Shown here piece by piece: positions 1-11,432 of a DNA stretch of 34,517 bases. The notes beneath the pieces were generated by a model, which worked only from the letters and a program-made list of their open reading frames with translations, was not told where the DNA came from and did not search any database. Within the stretch, counting starts at the first letter, position 1. Every line of letters starts with the position of its first letter. This DNA is from Priapulus caudatus (lineage: Eukaryota), in the NCBI RefSeq assembly GCF_000485595.1, contig NW_014577092.1, positions 318,143-352,659 of the forward strand. The letters run 5' to 3'. Made by a program: the position numbers and the translations under genes.

Positions 1-28
1 CGTGTGTGTGTGCGTGCGTGCGTGCGTG

Positions 29-83
<55 letters not shown>

Positions 84-110
84 CTTGAATGAGCGTGTGT
101 GTGTGCGTGC

Positions 111-165
<55 letters not shown>

Positions 166-255
166 TGTGTGTGTATGTCTGCGTGTGTTTGTAAGTGTCC
201 TTATGCGTGTTTGTGCGTATTCTTGCGTGCATGCGAGTGCGTGTGTGTGCGCGCG
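1..255. repeat. Compound (GT)n/(CGTG)n microsatellite
   Basis: Directly visible tandem GT and CGTG units. Confidence 0.95.
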
Positions 256-989
256 TATGAGCTTGTCCTTTCATCGATACCACGATGACTGTTCGGTAGA
301 GAGCGAGTGGCACAGATAGCAGACGTAAGCCGAAGACTTCGACCCAGCACGGAGAGTAATCACGACGCAGTGACGTAAAACCCGCTACACTTATCAATTC
401 CAGTCGCACCTTAACCGCTTCGCCGTTTTCCGAACCGTCAAAAGCTGCTGGGAATTCTTTCCCAGGTGCATAGTGGGACGCCGTTTTCTAATGTGTAAGC
501 ATCGGTTGGCAGCTACGGTAGCGGCTTGAGTTAACCGCACGAGTGGTCGCGAGAACCGAAAAAATGTCCCGCCAGATTTGCGTCGCGTATATGATCTATA
601 GCTGTGAACGTGAGGCTCGCCGCAGTCACAGATCTCATGACTCGCTGTCACAGCTCGACACGGAAGCTGGAAACATCTCAAATACAGAGACGCCAGCACG
701 GCCACGCTATCTGTCACCTGTAACAAAGTTGAAGCACGCGCACGCACACCCACACACACGCACACACGCACGCACAGCCACGTACACGCGCGTGCGCGCG
801 GGTGAAATATCATTGAAATGGCTGCAGGCGTTACATAACACTAGCAGCATTGGTGAGTACTGCAGTCGGCACCGCTGGACGCACGCACGCTGTAAACACA
901 CCACGCATGCACATCAGAAAGCACGCCTGGGTTATCGCAGCCGGCAGTTATACTTATAGCAGCCAGTGTAGACGCGTACATACATGTAC

Positions 990-1044
990 CTTGCGCTTCG
1001 GCCAGCACTGCCAGCGACAATCCGAGGAGAACGTGCAGCATCAT
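990..1044 (-). CDS. Probable first coding exon (signal peptide) of a secreted or membrane protein whose remaining exons lie left of the window
   Basis: Minus strand: gccacgATG context, MMLHVLLGLSLAVLAEAQ (hydrophobic core plus A-x-A cleavage motif), followed at once by a phase-1 donor G|GTACAT at 989. A TTTTCAG|T acceptor or initiator-like site lies near 1093-1100. Confidence 0.6.
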
Positions 1045-2438
1045 CGTGGCGTCGTCGCGCTCAGTACTGGTCGCCTCCACGGTAAAACCATGACTGAAAA
1101 CTCTCTCCTCTCTCTCTCGCTCGCTCCTTCTCTTCCTCCACGCCGAATCGTCTTCCTCTCCCCGTGTCCGCGCCGCCGTTCGCTAGCGTGCACACAATAG
1201 GCTGTTCTGTTTACCTCCCTCTGCGATGGCACGGCCCACCGGAGCTCCCCCGGGAGTTGGGAATCTAGACTGCTTCGCCGGCTGCGGCAGGCTCCGCGCT
1301 ACGCAGTCAGGCGGCAAATGAAGGAAGGCGGCCAGGCGAGCAGTACACGGTAGCAGCGCCGCGGGAAAGACTACGATCGCGACTGCTCGGAATAGATAGA
1401 TAGATGCGCGCGGGGAGGTTGTGATAGGGCGGCAAGCAAGCGAGCGAGCATGCGATGCATTGCGTTGCCTTGCGGGTTGTGCAGTCGAGGCCGCGCATTG
1501 CCTATGTAGAGAGAGGATGAGGAAGGAAGAAGAGAGGAGAGATGCTGTAGAGAGAGGAGGCTGCGGGTGCAGTGAAAAGATGTTGCTGGAGAGACAAGGT
1601 CGTAGAGAAAATATAATGCGGAGAAAGGATGCAGAAAGAAGACGGTGTCGAGTGAAGAAGCTGTGGAGAGACGAGGCTATGGACAGAGGAAGCAACTGAG
1701 ATGTGTGGGGCTTAATACTTTCTGCTCCCGCAATTGACGCTCTCTTGCCGTCCCCCCCCCCCTCTATCCTTCTTTCTCGCGCGCATGCTTTCTTCTATTT
1801 TTCTATTTCTCTAAATTAATCTCTCTCTCGCTCTCTCTCTCTCTCTCCACCTCTCTTCGTCTTCTATCGTTTTCATCATCCCCACCGCTTTCACTCTAAT
1901 CTTCGCTCTCTTTCACTCGATCACTTTCTAGTGGATCTTTACGCGTTACGAGTTATGAAGAGATGCGTTAGTTAAGTACACCTAGCAAGTCGTCATGCAT
2001 TAGTTGTACGACATAATTCCCATTCAAGACGCCATTTCTGCACATTTGCACACAAGGATTACTTACACGTCTGCCCCCGCTTTGTTCGACACAGACGAAC
2101 GGCTAATGAGAGATCTGCGATAAAAGATGGGGAGCATGCGAGAAAGCGAGAGAGCGAGAGGGAAAAGATCGAATGTGATAGCAACTATAAATCTATAGTT
2201 ATAGCGATATCTGCTTGCTGTCGACGACGCTGCTGAAATATGGGTAAAGTAGTCAAGGGGACGCGATAAGGTATATTAAAAAAAACCGCTCCCGCTCGCA
2301 GAATCCGAAATGCCAGATAAGCCATGATCGATGACGCGCTGAAAATAGCCACGTTTTCAATTGGAGAGGCTGTCGCGTCATTGCGGCGACGGACGCATGG
2401 GACAGATTCATGAATGATCGCGTGAAAGCACGGGTGCT

Positions 2439-2471
<33 letters not shown>

Positions 2472-2651
2472 AAGAAAGGTGGAGAAGCCGACGCGGAAGG
2501 ATGCGAAATAATGAAGCCACCAAAAGCTCTTTCCATCGAGCTACTAAAAATCCATCGCTACTCAGGAAATTGGACCTAAACACTGCCCACTAGAGACATG
2601 CACACTACACAACTGCCCCGTCTAAAACATTATTCCTACAGACAATTAACC

Positions 2652-2868
2652 GGGGCCCGTTGGCAGAAACATAATCAGTCTCATTATTCTTAAGACTAAG
2701 TCTTGTTTTTATATTACTTAATGTGTTTGTAAATCGACTGAATTTTGCTTCGAAAAGTCATGAAAAAATTTGGTAGGATTTTTCATTCTCGTGAAGACAT
2801 TTTTGTCAACGGCAAAGGGTACATGTTAAGAGTAATGTTAAAACTAATTTTGTTTCGGGCAACGGGCC
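2652..2868. mobile_element. Degenerate MITE with GGGCCCGTTG-type termini (PIF/Harbinger-like)
   Basis: gggcccgttggcagaaac at the left and gtttcgggcaacgggcc at the right. A shorter relative at about 34082-34153 shares taatgttaa(a/g)actaattttgtttc. Confidence 0.5.
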
Positions 2869-3416
2869 ACATGTTTTGAAACTAACTCTACGAAAATTCT
2901 CGATACTAAAAACCATATTTTCACTGAACAATGATTATCCTTATCCTTACTAAAAAGCCAATCCTTAGTACTACTTTGTGCTACTGCGCCTGCACAAACC
3001 ATATCGCCCTAAACTATAAAAAAAATCCTACTAAAAATCGATTAGGTAAAAGATCACAATAAAAGCGAAAAGTGATCGGAAGAGAACAATTCAGGAAGCG
3101 AAAGATCATCGCTCTCTCGAGCCCTCGAACAGATCTCGCGAGATCTCGCTGCGAGATTTCATTAGGTTTACGCGGTCGGTGCATGTAGCGCTGGATAACG
3201 CTGACTATCTAGTGAATGACAGGGGATAACGGCTTTATAAATTCACGATGTCCGTCGAACCTGTAACGAAGTACGAAGAACACCGCAGAGTTATCGCTCA
3301 GAGGGTAAATTTTTCACGAGAACAAAAAAAGGAAATCGATATATTCATACGCGCACAAAATAGTCGATCATGTAGAATCCGTGCTTTTTGATTGACGGCC
3401 TACTGGCGGTGGTGAT

Positions 3417-3611
3417 GGTACAGGTCTATGATGGTCACTATGTCTCACTAAGCTAATCATAGTCATATAATAATAGCTCTAACCACAACTCTACCCCTAA
3501 TCCTAATAACAACAACCCTAACCCAATCCCAACCCTAGTCCATAGAATAGGATTTACTATCACCAAATAAGATAGTGAATGTGACCTGTGCAATATACAC
3601 TAGCCTGTACC
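3417..3611. mobile_element. Putative MITE with internal degenerate (CCCTAA)n
   Basis: ggtacagg...cctgtacc termini enclosing ccctaatcctaa...ccctaacccaatcccaaccctag (about 3481-3540). Confidence 0.35.
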
Positions 3612-4269
3612 GTGCAACGCCTTAACTCATCAGCAACATCAGGTTGCTACGATTCACACCAACGTTAGTCGATACCAAGATGCTATCGCGTGAGTAGTAG
3701 GATAACTTCATGAAATACAACTCACCTGAAACAACCTCTCCATCCTTCTCCCTTCTATCTTACCTCGCATCTACCCCTCATTCCCCTTACTATCCTGCCT
3801 CATTCTATCCCTCTTTCCCTTCCATCTCACTCGGTTCACCATTCCTCTTCCTCTTTCGCTCTCCTTTGCCTCCCCCCCCCCACACACACACACGCACGCA
3901 CGCATGCACACGCACACGCACACACACCAACATAACCACGCTGCGTATTCTCTGCTAAGCAGACGAGATCGCGTGTGCTCGTGATAGGCCAATAAGCGGG
4001 CGCTGCGCGAACTCGGCAGGTTTTTTCGCGTTCGTCTCTATAGCCCGCCGAGCTCCAGCGCGGCAACAAGTTATCCATCACTGTCCAACAGGCGGAAAAT
4101 TGCGCGGGCCGTGACAAGTATTAATGGTGCGTGTAGGCACGCCCACCGCGCTCCCAATAGCTTCCGCTCCACCGCACACGCTCTCAAACGCCCGCTAGGG
4201 GGACACGCTGTCAGTGCGCGTGCGATCTGCAATCGCGTCAGACGCGTTGCATGGATGATACCGGCACGA

Positions 4270-4960
4270 TACGGAGGATAGGAGGGAGGGGACGAAGTAG
4301 GACAGGAGAGGGGATAGAGATGTGGGGGGAGGGAAGGAAAGTGGTGGGGAGCCACGGTAAGGAGGATGGGAAAGGGGGACGAAGTAGGAGAGGAGAGGGA
4401 TTGAGATGTGGGGGAGGGGAATGTGGGAGAATATGACGAAGAAGGGTAAGGGAAGAGAATTGGGGAGGGGTGGAGAGGTAGGAGACGGGGAGGACGAAGA
4501 AGTGGGCAAGGAGAGAGAGGGGAAGGAGGAAGACGAGCAAGAGGAGAAGAAGAAGAAGAAGAAGAAGAAGAAGAAGAAGAAGAAGAAGAAGAAGAAGAAG
4601 AAGAAGAAGAAGAAGGAGAAGAGGAAGAAGAAGAAGATCAAGGATGAAGAGGCGGAGGAGGAGGGGAAGAGGAGGAGGGGAGAAAGGAAGAGGAGAAAGA
4701 GGGAAGGAAGATGGAAGGAGGATTAAGAGAAAGAGGATTACGAAAAGGGGAAGATGTGAAGGATGATGTCAATGATCAACGAGGGGAGGTGAAGAAGAAA
4801 AAAACGAAGAGGACGAAGAAAGGTAGGCAGAGGATGGTGAGGAGTGGAAGAAAGAGAGGAAAGAAAGAATGGATGGTATAGAAATTATAAGTGAAATGAC
4901 AAGGATGAGGGAAGGTAGAATGGGAAGAACAATGAGTAGTAGGGGTAGCAGAATGAGAAG
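4270..4960. repeat. Purine-rich low-complexity tract with (GAA)n microsatellite (about 4547-4614)
   Basis: Direct inspection; explains the poly-K and poly-F ORFs. Confidence 0.9.
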
Positions 4961-5706
4961 ATGTACAAGTATCAGTGCTCATTTCACCATGCACCATAAT
5001 TAATCCCCCCTCGACCGTGATACCAAGTGCGCTATTTTTATTACACCAAAAAAGAAATATCGACGAAATGTTTCAGGATTCGCATTGTGCAACGAAGTAC
5101 TAAGAGTGCGTCGTCATTTGTTATGCAGAGCATTAGTAATATTAGCGCGTAGGCGGTGATGGCTTCAGACAGGGGCTTGTATTATGGAGTAAAGAATCAG
5201 TGAAGTATGAATCAGGAGAAGGGAACTATAAACATATATATGCAGCGATGGCGGCGGTCGAGACCGGCGTAAAAACTAGTATTTCGACACACTTACAGGA
5301 GACGCAACAGTAGCGAGTGTTTGCCAATATTGCGCCATTTTGTCTCTTGAAAGGCCCTTTTCTTTTTTGGTAGTATAATATCCAGCACTAGAGTGCACGA
5401 ATCTGCATTATATACGCAAGGTACTATGGACGTCTGGAGAGCATAAATAGTAAGATTGGTGTTGTCGAGAAATTATACTATTCTGTCAAGTGACGTGGCC
5501 ATTGGTGACCGGGTCCGCCGTTTTCGTGTGTGAGACGGATTCCGACGGCTTGCTGGAAATTGTGCATCATTTAGCTGGCGAAAGTTCCGAGCACAGTGTG
5601 GACCTCTGGTGGTTATTTGGCATGAGTAACGTGTACATACTGTATATGTGCTAAAACTCTCTGAGTATTTTTAATTATTGTGTGTGACACGCTTATTTAG
5701 GCTTGC

Positions 5707-5752
5707 CAGAGCCGTATATAGATATCTCTATATATCTCTATATACGGCGCTG
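5707..5752. repeat. 46-bp palindrome (CAGAG...CGCTG) with 8-bp TSD
   Basis: Flanked by aggcttgc (5699-5706) and aggcatgc (5753-5760). Confidence 0.65.
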
Positions 5753-5832
5753 AGGCATGCTGCCCACGGACGCCCTCTACTGTTGCAAAACACACATACT
5801 CGCGATTGCTCCTTTATTAACACTGTGAGCGC

Positions 5833-5876
5833 CATAGAAATTACATAGGTAAAATATAGTGTCTATGTATTATATG
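5833..5876. repeat. 44-bp imperfect palindrome (CATAG...TATG) with 8-bp TSD
   Basis: Flanked by gtgagcgc and gtgagctc. Confidence 0.55.
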
Positions 5877-6318
5877 GTGAGCTCTCGCCAAGAGGCGTAT
5901 GCTGCATAACACGTCCTGAAAGAAACCCACACGTGGCCTCGGCACGTTCCACTATGACCTGTAACTACATACAACTGTAATTATATTCATAGTAGCAATT
6001 TATTATTTATATTTGTGGTTTGAGCAGAAATACGAGATTCTTCCTATATAAGCAACTCTATGTTCTGCTATTATATCACTCGACTTTGCGCGAGTGAAAT
6101 TTCTTTCAACGCTTAGTACTCAATTGCGCTGAGTAAAAAACGCATGGAGGTTATGAGCAAAACGAGTGGATATATGAAAACACTACATATGTAGGTTGAC
6201 CTTTTGCAGGGTAATCAGCTCAATTCTTCGTTTTGCGAATATTGTTGGGTGACCCCACTCCAAACAGCCGTGCATACTATTTACCAGTGCTTACTCTGTT
6301 GTACTTGAACTGCTAGAA

Positions 6319-6508
6319 CAGGGGGTTCTTAACCTGTGGTCCATGGATCCCTTTGGGGTCCGTGGATGGGCTTCAGGGGGGTCCGTGAACCCCATTGTAT
6401 GCAAAATTTTGTGTTTATGTGCTTATGTGCATTTTTCTGGGGATGGGCCCGTAGCTTTCACCAGATTCTCAAAAGAGTCCATGACTCAAAAAAGGTTAAG
6501 AACCACTG
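6319..6508. mobile_element. hAT-Charlie-type MITE (190 bp)
   Basis: TIRs CAGGGGGTTCTTAACCT / AGGTTAAGAACCACTG. 8-bp TSD tgctagaa/cgctagaa with the CTAG core typical of Charlie elements. Confidence 0.85.
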
Positions 6509-6557
6509 CGCTAGAACATAGAGTGGTTGGTAGGGTACCGATCTGCCTGTCCCGCTG

Positions 6558-7103
6558 GCAAATTTGCGATTCCCAAACCGTATAGCTATGGAAGAAAAAT
6601 TGAGCAACGTGATTGGCTAGAAAATGTTTAGGACACGCCCACTATCGCACGCACACCATCGCGCATTTTGCACAGGGGCTTATTTATTTTATTTCTTATT
6701 ATTTTTGTCTAATTTTGTTTTATTTTAGAATTAGGGTTAGGGTTAGGGTTAGGGTTAGGATTCGGGTTAGGGTTAGGGTTAAGGTTAGGGTTAGGGTTAA
6801 CTGATTTCTATATCTACGAATTTAGTATCTGTTTCAGTGGGTCAGCGCCAGAGCGTTCGAACGCGATGTGGTGGTTTTATTTTCCTCTGCGTTATGTATT
6901 TCTTTGTATTTTATTTGTTTCTGCATTTATTTGTTCTGTAACATTTGTTTATGTTCTGAATTAAATATATTTCTTTATAATATTAGCTTATAATTTAATA
7001 TATTAGCTTGTTGACTAATAATGCGTGTCCTAAAATTTTTCTAGCCAATCACGTTGCTCAATTTTTCTTCCAAAGCTATACGGTTTGGGAATCGCAAATT
7101 CGC
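6558..7103. mobile_element. Mutator-like (MULE) MITE with ~80-bp TIRs and an internal (TTAGGG)n array
   Basis: TIRs at about 6558-6638 and 7023-7103. Perfect 9-bp TSD gtcccgctg (6549-6557 and 7104-7112). TTAGGG repeats at 6731-6799. Confidence 0.85.
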
Positions 7104-7629
7104 GTCCCGCTGCACCCCTTATCATTAGAGGGGTCGTATCACCATCTATTGGGATGAATACTTTCTCAACTATACTACATACACAAATTATATAAAATAG
7201 TCTTAATTTATAAAAACGGAAAGGCAAATAGGCATTGTTCTGGAAAGAAAGTTGTATTGCTTTTTAAGCTCATTTTTCCACATAAATCCAGTAGAGAAAA
7301 CAAATAGAACAAGTGTAAAACCACTATCATTGGCAACAAGGTACGACCGTTGCTTGCATCCACCCCGAAATGAACATTACACGCACTTGAAACAACAACA
7401 CACACCCCTCCCCCCCCACCCCACATCATACGTAGCAGTGGCAGCCGTGCTGCCTTTGAAACTCTCATGTTCTCCCATCGCCGCCACTGACAACATGAAC
7501 GTGTGCACGCGACTTGTTTACTATACCCAGCGAGGCACTAATTCACGTCTGAAAACTCCTCACATCGCTACACCGCGAATATGCCTCCTCGCTCGCACAG
7601 GGGTCGGTAGCATTAGCCCTACATAGTAT

Positions 7630-7672
7630 CAAGAGTGCATAATAGAGATATGATCTCTATTATCTACTCTTG
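7630..7672. repeat. 43-bp palindrome (CAAGAG...CTCTTG) with 7-bp TSD
   Basis: Flanked by atagtat on both sides. Confidence 0.65.
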
Positions 7673-8279
7673 ATAGTATCCATGGCCCCGCACTACGCCA
7701 TGGAGAGCAACGAATGCGCTAACAGTAGAACTAAGGTAGAAACAAGTGAGTATGTCCATCGCAAACCCCATCGCACCGGCGCGGGGTATGGCTAACTATT
7801 GCTAAGGTATAAGCTCGCCGTCGACTAACGCCGTACCGCTAACTCTCTTCATTATTCTACTGCTGCCCCTCCGTTTTCTTCAGCTCCTCCTCCTTCTCCT
7901 TCACCTCCTCCCCCCTCCTCCTCCTCCTCCTCCTCCTCCAATCGTATCGCATCGTAACACCACATGTACAAAAGGAACAGTTGCATAACAACATCTGATC
8001 CAGCCTGGTACGCACAGTTGCGACTGTTTTCGCTATAATTATGCGGAAAATACCATCGCACAGACTGCGGAGACAAGCATGGTGGGTGGCGGATGAAGGG
8101 AAGGGGGAGGGAGGGAGGAAAGAAGGAAGGAAGAAAAGAAGGAAGGTAGAAGCTACTCGTTACAGAGTCACGTTACTAATACAAACGCGCCGCCTGCACA
8201 CGACACACCTTGTGACGTCACTATATGGCGATGTGTTATGACGTCACTTTCGGGGATCATCATAGAAATAGATATATAC

Positions 8280-8310
<31 letters not shown>

Positions 8311-8640
8311 TTCTATGGGAATCTCCTTCGTACTTGTGCGTGGCACATCATCTATAGTGGTACAGGGCTGACCACAGGCTGTAGTGCGCAGTAATGAAAT
8401 ATATTTTAGAATATCATCATACCAAGTTTTTAAAATTAAGTGGAGAACAACTGATGCTGTCAAAAACATGTTTTGTCGAATTTGTTGGCTCGGTAAAATT
8501 TGTTTGATTACTGTTGAATATCGAAAGTTTTATATATATATATATATGTGTCTTATATCGTGTTTTATATCAGAAAAGAAAAGGTTAGTGTTATGCGTGC
8601 ACAAAACGTTTGGCGTTTTATCGTTTAAATGAGAATCTAA

Positions 8641-9732
8641 AACAAGAGCCGCAGAGCGTCTGGGCTCATCTGAAGTCTGTTGCTACGATTATAAACGTAA
8701 CATTTAAGTCGTGCGTAGTGACACCTTTGTTAGGCGCAGATATGCAGATACGCAGTTGCGTACACATCATTTCAGCAACCTTCTTCTGCATTCTGCATCT
8801 CCCAAATCCCATTGGTTGATACAAATCGCGTGCCTGAAACTCCTGTTTTATGGTGCATTGTGACCCTAACCTTAACCCTATTAACAACAACAACAAAATT
8901 AATTGTTGTAAAAATTATTTGTTGCTATTGAATTGTTGTAAATAAATCATGTAAATATTTGCATTAATTAAATTGGAAAAAAATAGTTAAATGGATAAAG
9001 ATAGAAAAATACAGAAAACAGGTCAATAATAAAAAATCAGATGGGATTCAATCTAACGACCTTTGAGCCGTGACGCCTGTACTGTACGCGTTCGGCTATC
9101 CAGGCTTATTGGGTTTCTAGATTATGGATGTGCCATGAATATGACAACACTGTGACGTCATTGAGGCAGTTCAGGAATCCATGTTTAACCCTCCTCTTGA
9201 GGGTCAAAAGGTTATCAGACACTTACGCTTCGCACGTCAGTGGAAAGCACATTTCATGGTCCTTTCAATAAATTGATAAAAATGGTAGATCAGCGCTGAA
9301 ACAAAAATGTTTTTCACTCTGTCCATTAGGCCATGTCCTCAGAAAATGTCTGATATCTGACCTTTCCCCGATTGCCCTTTGACCTCCAATTTCGCACTGG
9401 TGATGGGTTTCCTGCCCATCACACTATACACCGAATATTAAGAACATAGGTCGAGCCGTTCAGATTTGTGCCGCAATTCCGTTTTTCCTCCTATACCTTA
9501 AGTTAAGGGTGAAATATTCCCCCTCCGTTTAAACATCTTGACCTTTGACCTTTGACCCCCAAATTTGTCATCCTGAGTCCTTTTCACGATCCCCCGACGT
9601 CCCGAATATCGTGACCGTACGTCGAGCGGTTAAGATTTGTGCCCAACTGTTGACGCACGGACGGACGGACGCACGCACGCACGATCATGCGATTCTACAA
9701 GCTGCATCTGACTACGTCAGATGAGCTAAAAA
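8641..9732 (+). mobile_element. Non-autonomous Helentron-associated (HINE/DINE-like) element, probably with internal insertions
   Basis: AACAAGAG start; subterminal inverted repeat GCTCATCTGA (8664) / TCAGATGAGC (9717); two diverged internal repeat units with TGACCTTTGACC; (GACG)n microsatellite; terminal hairpin CATCTGAC-tac-GTCAGATG followed by an A-run. Confidence 0.6.
9039..9105 (-). mobile_element. Degenerate tRNA-derived SINE head
   Basis: Minus strand ggatagccgaacgcgta ... ggtcgttagattgaatccc resembles A and B boxes but is too degenerate for a tRNA. Confidence 0.35.
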
Positions 9733-9913
9733 AGAGCACCGAAAAATATTATAGATTTGGAAATTTAGAATTTTGATTAACCAACAAAGACGATGAAAAA
9801 CAATTTCGAACTGTCACCAGCAGTTATCCTCTGAAAGAAATTACATGTCTCGCCATATCACTACGAAATGATTTGATCGAGAAGAAATGTGGACCGGCGT
9901 GCATGTCACCTAA

Positions 9914-10119
9914 GGGGCTGTTCTCAGAATCATCGTGAATAATTATAACTAATCACCATCTAGGAAGCCATAACTTTAACCCACAAACTGTTGTGCAAAA
10001 GTTATCGCATCTTGGCCTAATGATAGTTAACTACGTTTATACAATTACATTACAATTACAATTACAATAGCATTACAATAGTATTGTAGTATTTGTCACG
10101 TTTTCGACGATTGGCCCCA
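9914..10119. mobile_element. Degenerate Harbinger-like MITE
   Basis: ggggctgttctcagaa / ttttcgacgattggcccc termini. Confidence 0.3.
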
Positions 10120-10788
10120 GGCTGCATGCTTCGTGGTTACTTGCGCACTGTAACTCAGCTACACGCGATGCCCACCCCTCAGTCCCCAGTACTCGCTAGA
10201 CATAAATTCCTGTTCAGCAAATCCTCTTTCGCCCTCCATCGCTCTAAGTAAACACCCGTACGTAGATTTAGTAACGTGAATCTCTGCTACAAACAAGCTC
10301 ACAAGTCGACATTGCACCTCTGTCGGCACCAGAGGGACCACATCTCAATGAGTCTGCCACACGAGCTCACCAGGGGGCGTCACACGCGGCCTGCTGCACC
10401 CACACGCATGGGTACCAGAGACAAAATGACAGACATAAACTTCACGCGTTACGCATTTCTATAGCAGATTCAACTCCATTCGGTATAACCGGACTAACTC
10501 TTTGTATCTAACCCTTCGCCTTACAAAAGAAATTGGTTCCGGTAATTGAGCGAAGGGATACAGACGTAGAGGAATTTGGTCAGATTATCCATTCATGTGA
10601 AAGTAGTATAGTGACTCTACATAAACGTTATCATGCGGAGATGTACTGTAAAGGTGTTTGCACAACTTGAACAGGTGCGCACACCATGTACAAAGTGGGA
10701 CCTTTCGTTTGAAAAACAATATACCCATAACTTAACGGTAGAGGGCGCTAGGTCAAGATTGCTAGGAGTCGCAGCAATGGAGAGATGG

Positions 10789-11119
10789 CTATGATTGGCC
10801 ATCGTACTCAGAAATAATTAGTTTTACTGCGGTTAAAATTATGGCCCTTTTACCCAATCAGAGGCCTTGTTCCGGATAATTTAACCTCAGTAAAAATAAT
10901 TTATCCATCGTTAAATTATGTGTAAGAAGGCCTCTGGGTAAAAGGGCAATAATTTTACTGCACTTAAATTATTTCTACCACGGTAAAAATAATTTATCCG
11001 CAGTTAAATTATGTGTAACAAGGCCCCTGTTTCGGTAAAAAGGGCCATAATTTAACCCCGGGAAAATTGTTTTTACCGCAGTAACAATAATTATTCCTGA
11101 GTACGATGGCCAACCATAG
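10789..11119. mobile_element. MITE with ~30-bp TIRs and internal sub-repeats
   Basis: CTATGATTGGCCATCGTACTCAGAAATAAT / ATTATTCCTGAGTACGATGGCCAACCATAG. A second copy lies at about 34323-34473. Confidence 0.8.
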
Positions 11120-11389
11120 ACGGCGCATGTTAGCACAGACTCCTGCTCATGCGCGAGTGAGGAGAGGCGGCCTTGCATCGCTTGCCTTCGACTGCAAGTT
11201 CTGTGCCATGTCTGCCAAAAAATAGCAGTCAGCTGATGCGCTGGATATCAGCTAGAATTAGTAGCACACGTTCATGTTTTATCCGCGTCGGCGTTGGTTT
11301 ACCCAGTACCCTAGCCTGTGATATACACGTGTAAACATAGCTCACACAACATTATTCGCAGCAACTCGCCCTTTCCCACGAGTCCACGT

Positions 11390-11432
11390 CATAGAACTAG
11401 AATAGAAGTTCTAGTTCTATTCTAGTTCTATG
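11390..11432. repeat. 43-bp perfect palindrome (18-bp arms) with perfect 8-bp TSD
   Basis: gtccacgt-CATAGAACTAGAATAGAA-gttctag-TTCTATTCTAGTTCTATG-gtccacgt. Confidence 0.85.

Noticed and set aside
4..319. Cys/Val/Arg-rich ORFs (also near 3771-3992 and 30751-31264)
   Set aside because: Translations of (GT)n/(CGTG)n microsatellites.
4195..4726. Poly-F and poly-K ORFs
   Set aside because: Produced by the (GAA)n and purine-rich tract; no exon or domain evidence.
6731..6799. Chromosome end or telomere
   Set aside because: Short array internal to a TIR/TSD-bounded element.
10801..11100. CRISPR-like repeat-spacer pattern
   Set aside because: Irregular MITE sub-repeats in both orientations, in eukaryotic DNA with no cas genes.
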